A DNA stretch of 64,000 nucleotides from Phoronis australis (Eukaryota; Animalia; Phoronida), in assembly GCA_002633005.1 (NCBI GenBank), contig NMRA01000242.1, forward strand, positions 546,930 to 610,929. The letters are read 5' to 3'. Shown here piece after piece: positions 1 through 12,050 of this stretch. A program made the position numbers and the translations under genes. The stretch's first letter is position 1. The number at the start of each line of letters is the position of its first letter. The notes under the pieces are model-generated. The model was not told where the DNA came from and did not search any database. It saw only the letters and a program-made list of their open reading frames with translations.

Positions 1-591
1 TTACATATTTCATAATCTTATTACGTCGCTGGGCGACTTTCCCAAAAGACGTACATGTACCTACACGCCAGTCTGATCTGGATGAAATCTGGTGATTGAA
101 AACAGAAAGTGGCGTGAGAACACCGATGGTCTTGAATAGCGCATTGTGAGCGCGCTATCGTTGTCACGGAAATAGTTCCACGAGTGGCTATCAATGGCAC
201 AGATATAATAAACTCATGGAGAGAGTACATTAACGTGAATGTACATAATTTCATATTTTCGTTATTTAAATTTCCGTATACTCGTTTACAATATACTCCA
301 CGTAACGTTGAAATTCTTTTTTTTAAAGGCGAAGGCAACGTTTTTTCATGTCATTTTGAGCTAAAATAAGGTTGGTTGGTTATCCTAGACATATTTTCCA
401 CTTAATAACAGCTTTTCGTGATTTTGTTAATTACTCGTCCGCTATTCCGGAAGTGACGTTTTAGGAGGCAAGCATTTCGCGCCAATTTCTTTTCATATAG
501 TCTGACTGTGAGAGCTGCCGAGTCAGTCATTGTTCTACCTCGGTTGTGTTAAGTTACGTCGTCGTTTGCTTTCATTTACTAGTCATTCAAC

Positions 592-1385
592 ATGCCACAG
601 TGTTGCTGCGTACCGGGATGTACTAATTATCGTCTCACAAGCGCTTTGGGAGTACCTTAGCATCGTTTTCCGATGGATGACACACTTCGCCGTACTTGGC
701 TCGTTCGTGTGAAGAACGAGCGTTACCCGACCACGCAACGTACAAAGCAGTCGTGTGTGTGGCAAGCACTTTCTGCCGTCCGATTACGAAAGGGATTTGT
801 ACGCTGAACTGATGAAGGTCCCTGCGAAACAACGCCTGAAGAAGGTTGCCGTTTCGTTTGTGTTGATTCCCGGCAGTGCCCCGTCGCCACCCCCGAGAAG
901 TGCGTTTTTGAGGAGAGAAGCCTCGCGAGCTGTGGCCAGTACAGTGAATGGAGCCAGTGGAGGCACTTCATCCACTGTCACCCGTGCCTCCGAACGTATG
1001 GCCCCAGAGCGTGCCAATCCTGGAACCAGTAGTGATTCGCCCTGTGCTGTTTTCTCCAGCCCAGAGCCTCTAAGCAGCTCTGCAGCGATATTGAGTAGTG
1101 GGAGTGCTTACTGACCCAGTTCGACAACCAGTGAAGAGGACAGTTCGTCGTCCAGTGAACAGATCGGTGAGCCAAACTTTGATAAGTTTATTGTGGACTT
1201 GTCTAAAGTGTTGGAGCTATTTAGAAGGTGCCAGGTGTGTGGCGAGGGAGTCACACGACATGGTGTAAGCAGTTTGGGTGCTCAGGTCACCATCCAGTGG
1301 GAGTGTGTCGCGGGACACTCTGGCAAGTGGGACAGTTGTTCCTCTGTCCGTGGTATGCCGGAGGTCCACTTAACCATATCCAGTA
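592..1385 (+). pseudogene. THAP-domain transposase N-terminus with stops and frameshifts, truncated before the catalytic core
   Basis: ATG592 gives MPQCCCVPGCTN..HRFPMDDTLRRTWL..RVCGKHF..RLKKVAV (THAP C2CH signature). Downstream KFIVDLSKVLELFRRCQVC..WECVAGHSGKWDS..GMP matches the zinc-ribbon region seen in Kolobok transposases. Confidence 0.8.
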
Positions 1386-1677
1386 GTGGCTTGGCCTCGT
1401 CGAACTCTGAACAGCACAAGCATTCCATTGAGGTAGGCATAACAACGCACACAGTGCATGTGCACCAAGATGTGTCACCACGTCTGTCCTCAGTAGCCGC
1501 CTCGTTTCTCTCAACAGCTGCCTGTGCCTGTGCGTACTCTGCCTCGTTATACTCGGGCTCAAACATGTACCCACCCACTGAATGTCCGTGAAAAAATTCC
1601 TCGTCACCACTGCTGTGAACAAGGTCTCCGTCACTCACACTACTGTCACTGTGATACGGGTCACCGACTCCAGCCAT
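1365..1677 (-). pseudogene. KolX-like accessory protein N-terminus (P2X7 C-terminal ballast-like Cys-rich domain), truncated
   Basis: MAGVGDPYHSD..GYMFEPEY..WCTCTVCVVMPTSMECLCCSE; the YxFEP plus WCxCxxCxxMxxxxExxCCxE pattern, convergent to the transposase. Confidence 0.75.
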
Positions 1678-2015
1678 TTTCAGCTTACAACACACTAAAC
1701 AATCCCTAAATCCAACGTAGTTGAGTTCTCTACTAACCTATCTTGCCGCAGAATACTCGCCGATGGAAAGTGGTGGCGACAATTGTTGAAAAACAGCACA
1801 AAACAAAAGTAGAATAGAACAGATTCGCACGGTAAAGTCAACGCAAAACCAAGTGGCGGGAAACGCTTGCCTCCTAAAACGTCACTTCCGGAGTAGAGGA
1901 CGAGTAATTAATGAAATTACGAAAAGCTGTAATTAAGTGGAAAATATGTCTAGGATAACCAACCAACCTTATTTTAGCTCAAAAAGACATGAAAAAAGGT
2001 TGTCTTCGCCTTTAA

Positions 2016-2300
2016 CAGTTTATTTTTCAAACTGTATTTACTGGTAAAATTACAGTTTTGTCAGTTCCTCGCATTCTGCAATTCACAGGGGTTTTTAATT
2101 TGATGAGAAAGAAAATTATCAAAGAAGACACCAATTTTTAAAACGTTAGAAAAATATGAAGGTATACACTCTAAAATGAATTTAGATCCCGAGGATTTAT
2201 CACCTTGGGTTAAAAATTTCCTTACCCAGGTACATGTTAAACTTTCTATGAAACAATATATATTGACCATCTCCAATCCACCTACATCATAGATTGAATA
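2016..2300 (-). mobile_element. L1/Tx1-type LINE ORF2 fragment (post-RT region)
   Basis: Minus-strand GGLEMVNIYCFIESLTCTWVRK resembles the GGL..W motif that follows the RT domain in L1/Tx1 ORF2. Confidence 0.55.
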
Positions 2301-2462
2301 ATGAATTTAGGATTCACGCGATCGACCTCGCTAAAAAGCAAGACTTCGCGAGATTACGTGAGATATTGCCGTGTATTTTAAATGAGAACGCGTAACCTTG
2401 ACTAGATTTTAGCTAGCTACTAGCGTAGGTCCTAGCGTCTACTGAACGCACGCCAGGATTTT

Positions 2463-2741
2463 GACTGACGGCTTAAGTGACCAATCAGAACGCAGCATTC
2501 TTGACAGACCTTGGTCTGCGTTTCCAAGCCGCCATTTTATCCGACAAACAATACGTAGTCGAGTAAAACTGGCTTTAGTCTATAAATCAAGAAATTGTGC
2601 GCTAAGAATGGTGAAACGGTGTTGATATGGCGTGTGTCATTCCGACAGCCGTTATGCTGCTCCAGAATAATATACCGTCATTTTTGGCATCTCCCAAGCC
2701 GAAAAGTGATGTCGAAAGACATATAAAAACTATGGATCAAA
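2463..2741 (+). mobile_element. 5' fragment of a THAP-encoding DNA transposon (copy 1; copy 2 at 61937-62215)
   Basis: CCAATCAG and GCCGCCATTTT motifs precede ATG2608 MVKRC*YGVCHSDSRY..PKPK..WIK. A closely similar copy occurs near 62 kb. Confidence 0.6.
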
Positions 2742-3409
2742 CCATAGACATCACATAGACCGGGCACACGCGCTACTGCAGCTGACAACTTGACGCCATA
2801 TTGGAGAGTGCTACTAGTCACGTGACACGGCTAATTGCCGTGTAAACAAACGGGGCAAATCGTCCTTTTCAAAGTGCAATATCTAACACATAAAGAGGCC
2901 GAAGAGTGTGATTTTTCCAGAAACGTAAAAAACATGTGATGCAACACATACATGCGTCTTTTAAGAGTCAATCAGTCGATAGAAAAAATATCAAACCAAA
3001 GATCGCAACCAGTGGCGGATTCTGGAGTGGCCTGAGCGGCTGCACTTACGTTTGTCAATACAGCGCCACTGTTTTATTTTTTTCGTTTATCTCAACCATA
3101 TTTTTCCTACTAGGTGTAAACATTATCCCCAAAAGAAATACATCTTACTTTCCTTATTTTATGTTTTGACAAATAACATGCACTTCGAAGATCACTTAGA
3201 ATCTAACCAAACGCAGACAGTTTTTTTCAAAGGATTCAAGTCTGAAAATTTGGCAAACTGGTCCACTAATGAAAGTGACTTGAGTGAATTTTCAGAGCCA
3301 TCAAGGAGCAAAGCCTATTGTAACAATATATATTACTTATTTTTAACAACTATTCTTTGAAACATAATTTTTATGAACACTATACCTTAAGTCTCTGCAC
3401 ATAAGTTTC

Positions 3410-3520
3410 CCTCGACCCACAACCCCCTTGAACCACGACTTCCTTGGCGCACGACCTCATCTACCCACGACCCACCACCCCCTGGACCCACGGCCCACGA
3501 CCCCCTCGACCTCGTCTACA
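3410..3520. repeat. Degenerate C-rich minisatellite (CCCACGAC-like units)
   Basis: Repeated cccacgac / ccctcgac / cccacggc units. Confidence 0.6.
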
Positions 3521-3799
3521 CCAGCTCAGCTCGATCTGAACATAGAGCAAGCGGTGACTGGCCAGACCAACGAGTTTGGCCGTCAGCTTAGATGACTTTC
3601 TCCTGTTTTTAGCAATTTTAAAAGCCAAAATCAGAAAAAATAAGGCAAACAAATCAAATAAAAAACCTACCAACGTTACAAATGTCGTTCCTCAGTTCCA
3701 GGGTGTAATCGCCTCGCCTGTTCTTCAGAGAATGGTAGATTCAAGCCTTTTTCAAAAAGTGCAAAAGTGCAAAGAACCGACAAATATGAAATTTCATCG

Positions 3800-4276
3800 G
3801 TAAATACAGTTTGAATGATTGGGTAGATTCCAGAAAGTTATGGCATGTGCTTGAGTTGATGAAAAGTTCTAGAACATTGCATTATAGTCTATAAATACTC
3901 AGGCACAGGTTTGTATTAGTCAGTTCAAGAAAGTTAATCTGGAGCATTACAGTTGAGTTGCAGTGAAGAGAATCAGCAGTTACAGCGATAGTCAATAGAG
4001 AGCCAGCTATAGAGACAGCAGATTATTGAATCAATGAGTGTAACAGTTGCTGAAAGTGTCTCAGAAGTTCATCACAAGTCAAGGCTTCGCAGCACTGGCT
4101 GGAGCACAGACCAGACATTGCGTCGGACGTTTTGTTTGAATAGGCTTGTGAACATACGGTCGAGATTAATAAACGATTAACTCGAACCAGTCCCTTCAGT
4201 CAATCGTCGCACCGAAAGCTATTAGCACCGGTCTGTAACAACCTGCGCCCACCCACACACGAGGAAAAACGTGACA
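3800..4276 (+). mobile_element. Solo LTR related to the Gmr1-like LTR at about 7440-8045 (5' boundary approximate)
   Basis: TATAAA near 3890, AATAAA near 4168, ends ...GTGACA. Shares blocks such as tcgtcgcaccgaa(a/g)gctattagcaccg with 7600-8010. Confidence 0.65.
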
Positions 4277-5049
4277 CTTCCTGACATTGTACGCAGGCAT
4301 TCCGTAGTTTATAACTACACCGGTTCGATTTTTATATAGCCACCACTTCGAGTGGATATCGTCTGCTTTCAATAAACCAACCTGTTCAAAAGCTGCAGTG
4401 CTCTTAATTTACATAGCATGCCATACCAGGATATGAGAACTTCAACAAAGTTGATTCATATCACTGAAAACGAACTTCACAAAAAGGTGATTAGCATTTA
4501 GAACTGATCTTTGCAAAGTGAGGACAACTGAATATCCTATTTATCCACTAAAAGACATTGTCAATATGTGTTATTGCTGCATTTTGTGCTCTTGTTGTTT
4601 TTGCCTCAAATCTGACTACATGAACTTTCAAATAAACTAAAAACAATTATAATGAATATTCATTTTGGAGGTATACAGTCATGGCTGGATTTATGTTCTT
4701 CGAGGCCCTGCAGCTCTAATTAATCCAGGGCCTTAGTAATGCGCTAACCCGTGCCGTAGCTATAATTTTCGCATTGCCCTTCACCTGCCCAGGTCGCCAC
4801 CACTTTCGAGAGGCACCAGCATCGACGAAGCAGGGAACCATATTTCGTGCGATACTCCAAGTTTCGCTTATTTAGGTCACAGGATTCCCGCTGTTGCAAA
4901 AAGAATTTGAATCGCACCTGTCAGGAAAATATGAGGACCTGATTTTGCGCTGAGTCCCAATCCGTAGCATGTTTAGCTAATCCGGCACTGTGTGCAGTAC
5001 TGAACCCGAATAAATAACAATACACGAACAGCCCAGTCAGTATACCCAC

Positions 5050-5950
5050 ATTCTCAAATAGCCCACACTCAGCCTATGCAAATTTGCCATTTGAAGGAGA
5101 AGAATGTCTAGGGAGGTACAACGTTGGGTCAATGACAAAGGCAGATCGCATTCACAATAATGCCGACAAAATATTCTCTACAGCTTGAGCCAGAGACTAA
5201 TCACCTGGTCTGCATGCTTCAACTCACCAAATACCAACAAAAGCCACACGAGACGACTGACACCCTCATAAACAGGTGTCGACTGTTAGGCAAGAAATGT
5301 GACTTCAAAGATACCGAATTAAGGGAACGCTTCGCCAAATTGCTGATAGCTAGCACGCTCATCTCCGCATTACAAAAAAAATTCTTAACAAGCCAAAGGG
5401 GTTCACAATCTCAGAGGCTGTAAAAATAGCAAGTACTCATGAAGTATCGGCAGTGTACATCAATGAAATTCACCATCTCCACAAGAAGCCACCGTAAACC
5501 ATGGCCGGTCCAACCGACGTTAGGAAAGTCACAAACCCTCCAGACAAACCATCTGCAGAAAATGCGACTATGACCACCGCCATGGCAAAGACCACTGTCA
5601 TGCAAAGAATTATGTCTTGTTACAAAGTTGGCCACTGGGCTACAGTTTGCCTCTCGGCAAAAAGCAAGACCAATTGACGCGAAGGGAAATGGTGGCCTTA
5701 CTTACGTTGCCTGTCGAGACCCAGACGACATAGTCCCGGCCAAGGAGTCGACAGTGTCGCTCATCATGAAAATCACACCACAACTTACGTGAACGCGGCG
5801 ATGGAAAGCATCACTTTCAGAATCATCCAAGATTTGGTCAGAGAACCGTTAGGTCACACGAGTTCTCGAGACGAAGCATCTGTCGACCTAAATGTTAAAT
5901 TGAAAGACCACCCAGGAACTCACCACTATAACTTGAATGTTCAAAGGCAC
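5050..5950 (+). mobile_element. Degenerate Gypsy (Mag-like) gag remnant
   Basis: QQKPHETTDTLINRCRLLGKKCDF..LRER, followed by frameshifted Zn knuckles (CRKCDYDH..HC; C..GHWATVC). Confidence 0.6.
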
Positions 5951-6340
5951 TACGTCGCCATTTTGGCGGTGTCGTTGTGGGCGTTGGGTGGCCTTTTCGG
6001 CTTGCCAGTGATGTAATCGTTTGCCATTGTCGTTTTAGAGGTTTTCATCGACAGTGTTCGGCAATGACATTCTTATCGGCTCGACGATGTTGTCCTAGCG
6101 AAGTTGTCATCGGCAGTGGTATTGTAGTCGTTGTTATATTTGGTGTAGACGGTGTCGTTGTCAATGCCAAAGTGTTGTCGCTGTTGCTAAAGTTTCGGCG
6201 TCTGTGCGATTGAGTTGTTGACGGCATTGTCGATGCTGTTGTTAGTAACTACGTTTTCTGCTATGACAATGTCGTTGTTATTACCATGGTTGTCGTCGTC
6301 TGGGTTGTTCTTGATGTAGTCGACACCATTTCCATTTTTT
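5950..6340 (-). repeat. Thr-rich (ACN-codon) low-complexity segment, mucin-like if read on the minus strand
   Basis: Minus frame reads MVSTTSRTTQTTTTMVITTTLS*..TTASTMPSTTQ..LTTTPSTPNITTTTIPLPMTTS, with internal stops. Confidence 0.4.
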
Positions 6341-6739
6341 GTTTGTTTCGTCAAGTGGTGCTTCTCTTGGGCTTTCACCTCTGATTTCATTCTTCACTTG
6401 AAGCAACTCCCACCCTGTCTCATGTCTGCCAAATTTGGCGGCCACGTTCATAGTACTTCGACCAAAGACTACAAAATTCAGACGAAGCGTTCGAAGACTT
6501 CATTGAGACAAATCTTGAGACTTGTCAAGTAAATTTCATAAGTGAGGATTGTTACTAAGGAGCTTTTGATGCTGGGTCTAGGTTATTGATATCGTATTAG
6601 GTTTCGTGTTGTGTCGCAGATATTTTATTCCTGAGGCATTGTCCGTTCTGTGTCCTCAATACGTCACTTTATTGCATTTTAGGTACGAGTGTACGAACTT
6701 CTAAGTGAAACCAATCATGTTTCTTAAATCATTTTGTAG

Positions 6740-6920
6740 TCTGACGATAGCGTATTGCGATATTCTTGGCATCGAGATGGAAAGGAAACGAAACATGGTT
6801 GGAAATCCGTAAGAAACTTCCAAAGTTCATTGAGTATATATGACGTTTCATGGGAGGATCATGGCTCATACTTCTTCCACATAGGGAGAGATGTTATCGA
6901 ACTCACTGTCAAAATCGTGC
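6740..6920 (+). pseudogene. Ig-domain (I/V-set-like) exon, probably degenerate
   Basis: YSWHRDGKE..SSLSIYDVSWEDHGSYFFH..IELTVKIV, with a phase-1 donor C|GTAAGT at 6921. The F-strand Cys is replaced by Phe (TTC), and no intact B-strand Cys is in frame upstream. Confidence 0.55.
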
Positions 6921-7439
6921 GTAAGTACATTCGTTTAACCAGAAGGGCAAGAAAAATTGCACGCGAGTTACCCATACCCTATAGTATAACAGCTTGTGAC
7001 ATCGAGTCAGGCCGCGTAAGTGTGTATTGTTTACATATGGTTATCCACTTGACAACATTTTAACCCACTGACGTGCTCATCAAACCAGGCTTACATAGCT
7101 ATTTCTTTTTCATGTTATCATTTTTCATGACGTCATCTAGAGACATTCTTGAGGTACGGTCTCAATATTACTCAGCAATTTCTTGGCAAAATTAGCAACA
7201 ATGCGCGTAAGTTACATTAGTTATTCATTCAAATTCGTTGATTTTGTAAGTAATTTTACGCTTCGCGGTTTCGATATGGTGCTGACGGCGCGCTTAAACA
7301 ATTTCTATTGTCCATTTCGTAATTGGTTGCTTGATATCAATCTCCCCCAGCGCGTGCTTTATGTGTTGTTTATGTCAGAAGTACACTGAGATTGCTCTAA
7401 GTTTAACAAGATAGTCTTATTTTGCCATTTGATTGACAT

Positions 7440-8790
7440 GGACAACGAAGTCAGGACAGGGATGATGCAATCTGTTTACAATAGAAGATTAGGGAACATT
7501 CTAGAAGATTGTAGTATGTCAGTGATTTATGTGGTCTGGAGCATTCTAGAGCACAGTGTGTGTTTGTAGAATGATTGAGTGGATTTCAGAAAGATTTAGA
7601 ATGTGTTTGAATTGGTGAAAAATTACGGAACATTGTAAGAGATTATATGTACCCAGATCAGTTCTGTTGGATCTGAAAGGTGGTTAAAGTCAGTTGAAGT
7701 GATAGTTCAGTTGCATTGAAGCCAATCATCAGTCACACCGTTTGTCATTAGAGAGCCAGGTACAGAGAAAGCAGGTTATTGAATACACGAGTGTAACTAA
7801 TGATGTAAATGTCTTGGAAGGTTATCACAAGCCAAGGGTTCGCAGCTCTGGCTGGGGCTTAGAACAGACATTATGTCGGACGTTCTGTTTGGGTAAAGTT
7901 GCGAACGTAATGTCGGGCTTAGGAAAATGACCAGTCTTCAGTCTATCGTCGCACCGAAGGCTATTAGCACCGATCGGTAACAACCTGTGCCTACCCATTC
8001 CCGGGGAAAATGTGCGTGCACGCCAGGTGCTTAGTGGCGGTAACAAGGTGTGATAAAGTGGAGTGCTAGCATTAACTATGGAGACAAGATCACAGCTAAT
8101 TGCCTTCGGACAAGAAAAGGACCTGCAGGTGGACAATCTTAGACTGTTTGTGGAAAAACTACATGTACAACCTGAAGCAGCTCGTGGCGTTGAAGACCGC
8201 AAAGCCGAAGGGAGAAGGTAAACACGCGAGACCTAGGAGAGAAAGCAATCCTGCAAGGCTGAGACTGAGGAGAGAAGGCAAGCCCACTAGCCCGAAGAGA
8301 GGAAGTAAGCCCACGAGACAGAAGTCCGGATGACAGAGGCAGAGGCAAGAAAAGCGGAATTGCAGATGGAGCGCGAAAGAATAGAACTACCACGCGACCA
8401 TTCGGTAGAGTCAAATCAAACTCCCTAAATTTGTGGAAAAACAGGATGACAAGGATAACTTACTGGAACGATTCGAAAGATACTCCGAGAGTCAGGGTTG
8501 AACTCCGAGTGAATGGGCAATTAATCTTAGTCTCCAGTTATTAACAGGCAAGGGCCTACAACTCTACGCCAGCTTGCCCATGGCCGATGTACTGAACTAC
8601 GCTACACTCGGAAGAGCTTTGATCAAGCGGTGTGAACTGGCTGAAGAGGGTTTTTGCAAGCAGTTGCGGCAATCAAGGGCTGAGAGAGGCGAGATGGCTC
8701 ACCACTTTATGTCGTTCATACAACGCTATTTGACATGTCCGGCTGCAGCAAAGATTTTGCTAAGTTGAAACACTTGTTGGCGCGTGAGCA
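7440..8790 (+). mobile_element. Gmr1-like Gypsy 5' LTR, PBS and degenerate gag
   Basis: LTR ends GGTAACA (8045), followed by a degenerate TGGTGTCAGAAGTGG-like PBS. From ATG8078: coiled coil, then LPKFVEKQDD..LERFERY..EWAINLSL..TGKGLQLYASL..NYATLGRALIKRCELAEEGF. Confidence 0.72.
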
Positions 8791-8814
8791 GTCTGGCTTG
8801 TCCCTACGACACCC

Positions 8815-9180
8815 GAGTCTGTTTCAGAGATGGTAGCCTTAAAAGTGATAAAGAATTGAGAAACTGTGTGATTTGTCAAACGTTTGGAATTTCTGTAACT
8901 GAGGATGAGTTACATTTTACTACAAATTGTATGATGATTTACGAGATAAGTTTATTTCTGGATTTAAAAATTGCTCATACTCTACATTCATTAGGTTAAT
9001 GGAAGGCGTCTCACAAATGGTCAATCGGTCTAGATACTTGCAGTATGCCTGCCAAACCAAATATTTATATTATCAGCATAAATGATGAAGTGTACATGTA
9101 TATTTCAGTTATACAAGCGTCTCTGTACTTTTATGTATTTTGATATTATTGTTCTGTGGGCCGGAGGCCTTCAAGTTTTA
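8815..9180 (+). mobile_element. Non-LTR retrotransposon 3' fragment (C-terminal CCHC)
   Basis: RNCVICQ..TEDELHFTTNC matches the CxxC..EDExHF..C terminal motif of LINE ORF2. Confidence 0.55.
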
Positions 9181-10164
9181 TGACAAAGCAACATACCGGA
9201 ATTCAACAAACGAAAGCGCTGTGAGGACCGTCAAGTTTGAACTTATAAGTGAACAAGACGACATCTCCCGTGAAGTCAACAACTCCAAAGACACCGCTAG
9301 TAACTGACAATGGAGCTGAAGCAGGCGCAACAATATCAGAGAGCTTTAGATTTTATGAAACTATAACAATACTTTTATTTTAATTGTAACACCTCTTGAT
9401 CATTTTCATGACATTCAATTAAGGCGGTGAACGTTTTGTAAGCATAAGATGGGAAACAAACGTATATTGAAAACTCATTCTTTCGTTTGTTGATTAGCTG
9501 AGATTTGCCACTTGTAATTAATCAGAGATTCGACTTTTGACAATGATTACGAAATTCTTCAGCCAGGAACTCTGTTTCTGACTTTTAAAACAGCTGCACC
9601 ATATTGAAATCCACTATCCCGCCAGACAGTGATCATGTCTTTGGTAGACAGGCGTTCAGTGACACCTACAGATTACATGTGATACGGACGCGAGATTTCA
9701 ACATTCTGATATAAACATTACCTTTTAACACATTTCCTACTGTGTAGCATTCATTGAATTTCTGTCCATCAAATCTGAGGAGAATGTAAATATACGTTTG
9801 AGTGTAAACGCCGTGCTTTAGTTACCCCGATGCAGATCATCGAGATCTTCCCGATGTAGACAGATATACCTGTCACTAGGCTAAGGCTAGGCCTTCAGCT
9901 TATACTGGTGCTTCTTGAACTCCTATTTTACAAAAACGATTTTTGAGAGTTCTTTCCTGTATTGTTTCGTTTCGTTTTTGGTTTTATTGCCTATTACGAA
10001 CAAAACTGCGTTCTCTCAGTAGTATCCGTCCGTTTACGTCATTTTAACTAGCACTGTCATTGTCGCTTTCATTGGCATACATGTAGGTGTTTTCGACCTT
10101 GCTAGCCGTAGAGTCGTTTGCTACGGCGTTGCCTTCACCTGTTGTGTCATTAGCTTCAGTTATC

Positions 10165-10312
10165 GTGAGCTTGAGTGTCCTGGTTGGTTAAATGTTATGA
10201 GAATGAACTCGAGTGTCTTGGTAGTAAAGCCGTTATGAGAATGAGCTCGAGTGGTCTGGTAGGTTAATTTTGAAGAGAACAAGTTGCCCTGGAAACCTAA
10301 ATATGAGAATGG
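10165..10312. repeat. Minisatellite of about 38-bp units, continuing at 12051-12140 beyond a transposon insertion
   Basis: Unit approximately gagcttgagtgtcctggttggttaaatgttatgagaat on both sides of the 10318-12050 element. Confidence 0.65.
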
Positions 10313-10317
10313 TCTTA

Positions 10318-12050
10318 GAGCAGAATGCCACCGAAAAAAGAAACACGTATTTTGTATCAATTTAGATTGATCAGATCCACTCGATAGCAGCAGGTTCTGT
10401 TCTTTTATCTGACACCAGACGGCGAACCGAGGCCGGGTGCTGAAATTAACCAATGAAGTGATAAGTTCTAACACAGTATGTTCACCAGTTCACAAGACGC
10501 TTACTGGTGTCGGCTTATCGCTTGATTTCATCGCTTTACACCAGTAAATCGTCAAAATTCGATGAAAAACCCTTAAAAATTATTTTAAACAAACGAGTTG
10601 TTTTATTTCGGTGTTACGGATTAAAAGAAATTTTTAACGAACCGTAGCCTACAAAATTCGTTACACCAACTTACCGAGGTCGGTTGCGGTAACTTTGTTT
10701 GGCTGTGTTAGGTGATAAACTAGAATTAATCTTTCGTGAAATACCGACAGAAGAGCATAGCCGTGTGTTGTGATTTTACACTTGCGAATTTTTCAGTTCT
10801 AAGCTTACAAAACATAAGGTATAACCCAATGGCTCGGAACCCCATAAGGCCCGTTGTGGACTGGAGACATTACAAACATGAACCAGCCGAATTAGTCGGC
10901 TGCCTAAGTTGAAAACTGGACTTCCAGTCATGAAAAGACTGGACTACTCAGTGGCGCATTTAGGGCGGGGGGGCAAGGGGGCAGTTCGGGGTGCGGATTG
11001 CTGACTAGCATATGCACGTACCCAGGGGGGGGGGGACTCGGGGGGCTAATGCACAATGCAGACGCCTTGAACAAAGCCTGTTTGTTTTTTTAGCAATAAG
11101 GTCCAAAACCCAAAAATTCGAGACCCCTACATCCCTACATTTTAGGCTGGGCGCGCACATGAGGCGAAATTCTGGTTATTCCTGTGCCCTGGCCCCTTAA
11201 CTCAAAATACTGGATCAGCCCCTGCTACTGAACCAATAAAATAATGTGCACATGAGTACATAGGTGAATTGGCTGAAAGATTGCAAATCGGCTTGTCGGG
11301 GGCCAAGAAGTTAGGTTCTCCTTCCACTGAACCGCATCAGTGCAAAGGCTATACAAGAAAAATGATTCGAATAATGAATATATATCTAAATAAATATTCC
11401 CCTATGATCTAACCATAGCATATGAAATCAAGCTATTGTTCAACAACAGCGTTCTGTCGGCAAACACTGACTTAGCATGCGCTCACACGCCCTAGGGTGC
11501 CCGGTCAATTACAGTTTTATTGCATCTGAAGCCGGTTACGCAGAATGATTTATACGCTGTTGGCTTCTCAAAACATTTGCTCTCACAAAAACTCCGCATG
11601 CATTACAAATTGAGACAGATTTCGGCACTTTCTTTCAGTTTTATTTTAACATTGGTTAGGGTGAAAATAATTCTTTTTGAAACAGAACAATGCCGGCCAC
11701 AGACACAGACTATATTTCGCGGCCTCATACTTGGTATTAACGACGTATTTTTAATGCTTTGCTGCCGCGAGCCACTTCCTAAGCATTTCGGGTTATCGAG
11801 GAAATCGAAAAAATGATATACTCGCTTTCCTCGCAGCTTCGTGATTCGCACAAGCAGGAACGATGCGCCACACCATACCGACATACACTACTCAGCTGAA
11901 GAACCACTGACTTCGTGGCGTCGTTTACTCACCGTCGTCACAGGTTAACGTGACACCTCTCAGGGAGGTGATATTGATCGCATACGAGGTGATGTAGATG
12001 TAGACCAACGACGGTAAAAAAGAACGAAATAAATCGGGTGGCATTCTCCT
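10318..12050 (-). mobile_element. Non-autonomous Kolobok-type element (family 2), inverted relative to 25368-27042
   Basis: Termini AGCAGAATGCCACCG / GGGTGGCATTCTCCT with degenerate TTAA flanks (TTAG, TTGA). Colinear in reverse complement with 25368-27042. Confidence 0.75.
10949..11224. mobile_element. hAT-like MITE (CAGTGGCG...CCCCTG) with 5-bp TSD CTACT; contains a nested MITE at about 11010-11161
   Basis: CTACT is duplicated on both sides, and the insertion is absent from the paralogous site in the 25.4-27.0 kb copy. Confidence 0.7.

Larger units (their letters stand above)
327..2011 (+). mobile_element. Kolobok-type DNA transposon, internally deleted (family 1, copy A)
   Basis: About 155-bp imperfect TIRs (AGGCGAAGGCAAC... 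/ ...GTTGTCTTCGCCT) flanked by TTAA at 323-326 and 2012-2015. Contains convergent remnants of a THAP transposase (+) and a Cys-rich KolX-like ORF (-). Confidence 0.88.
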
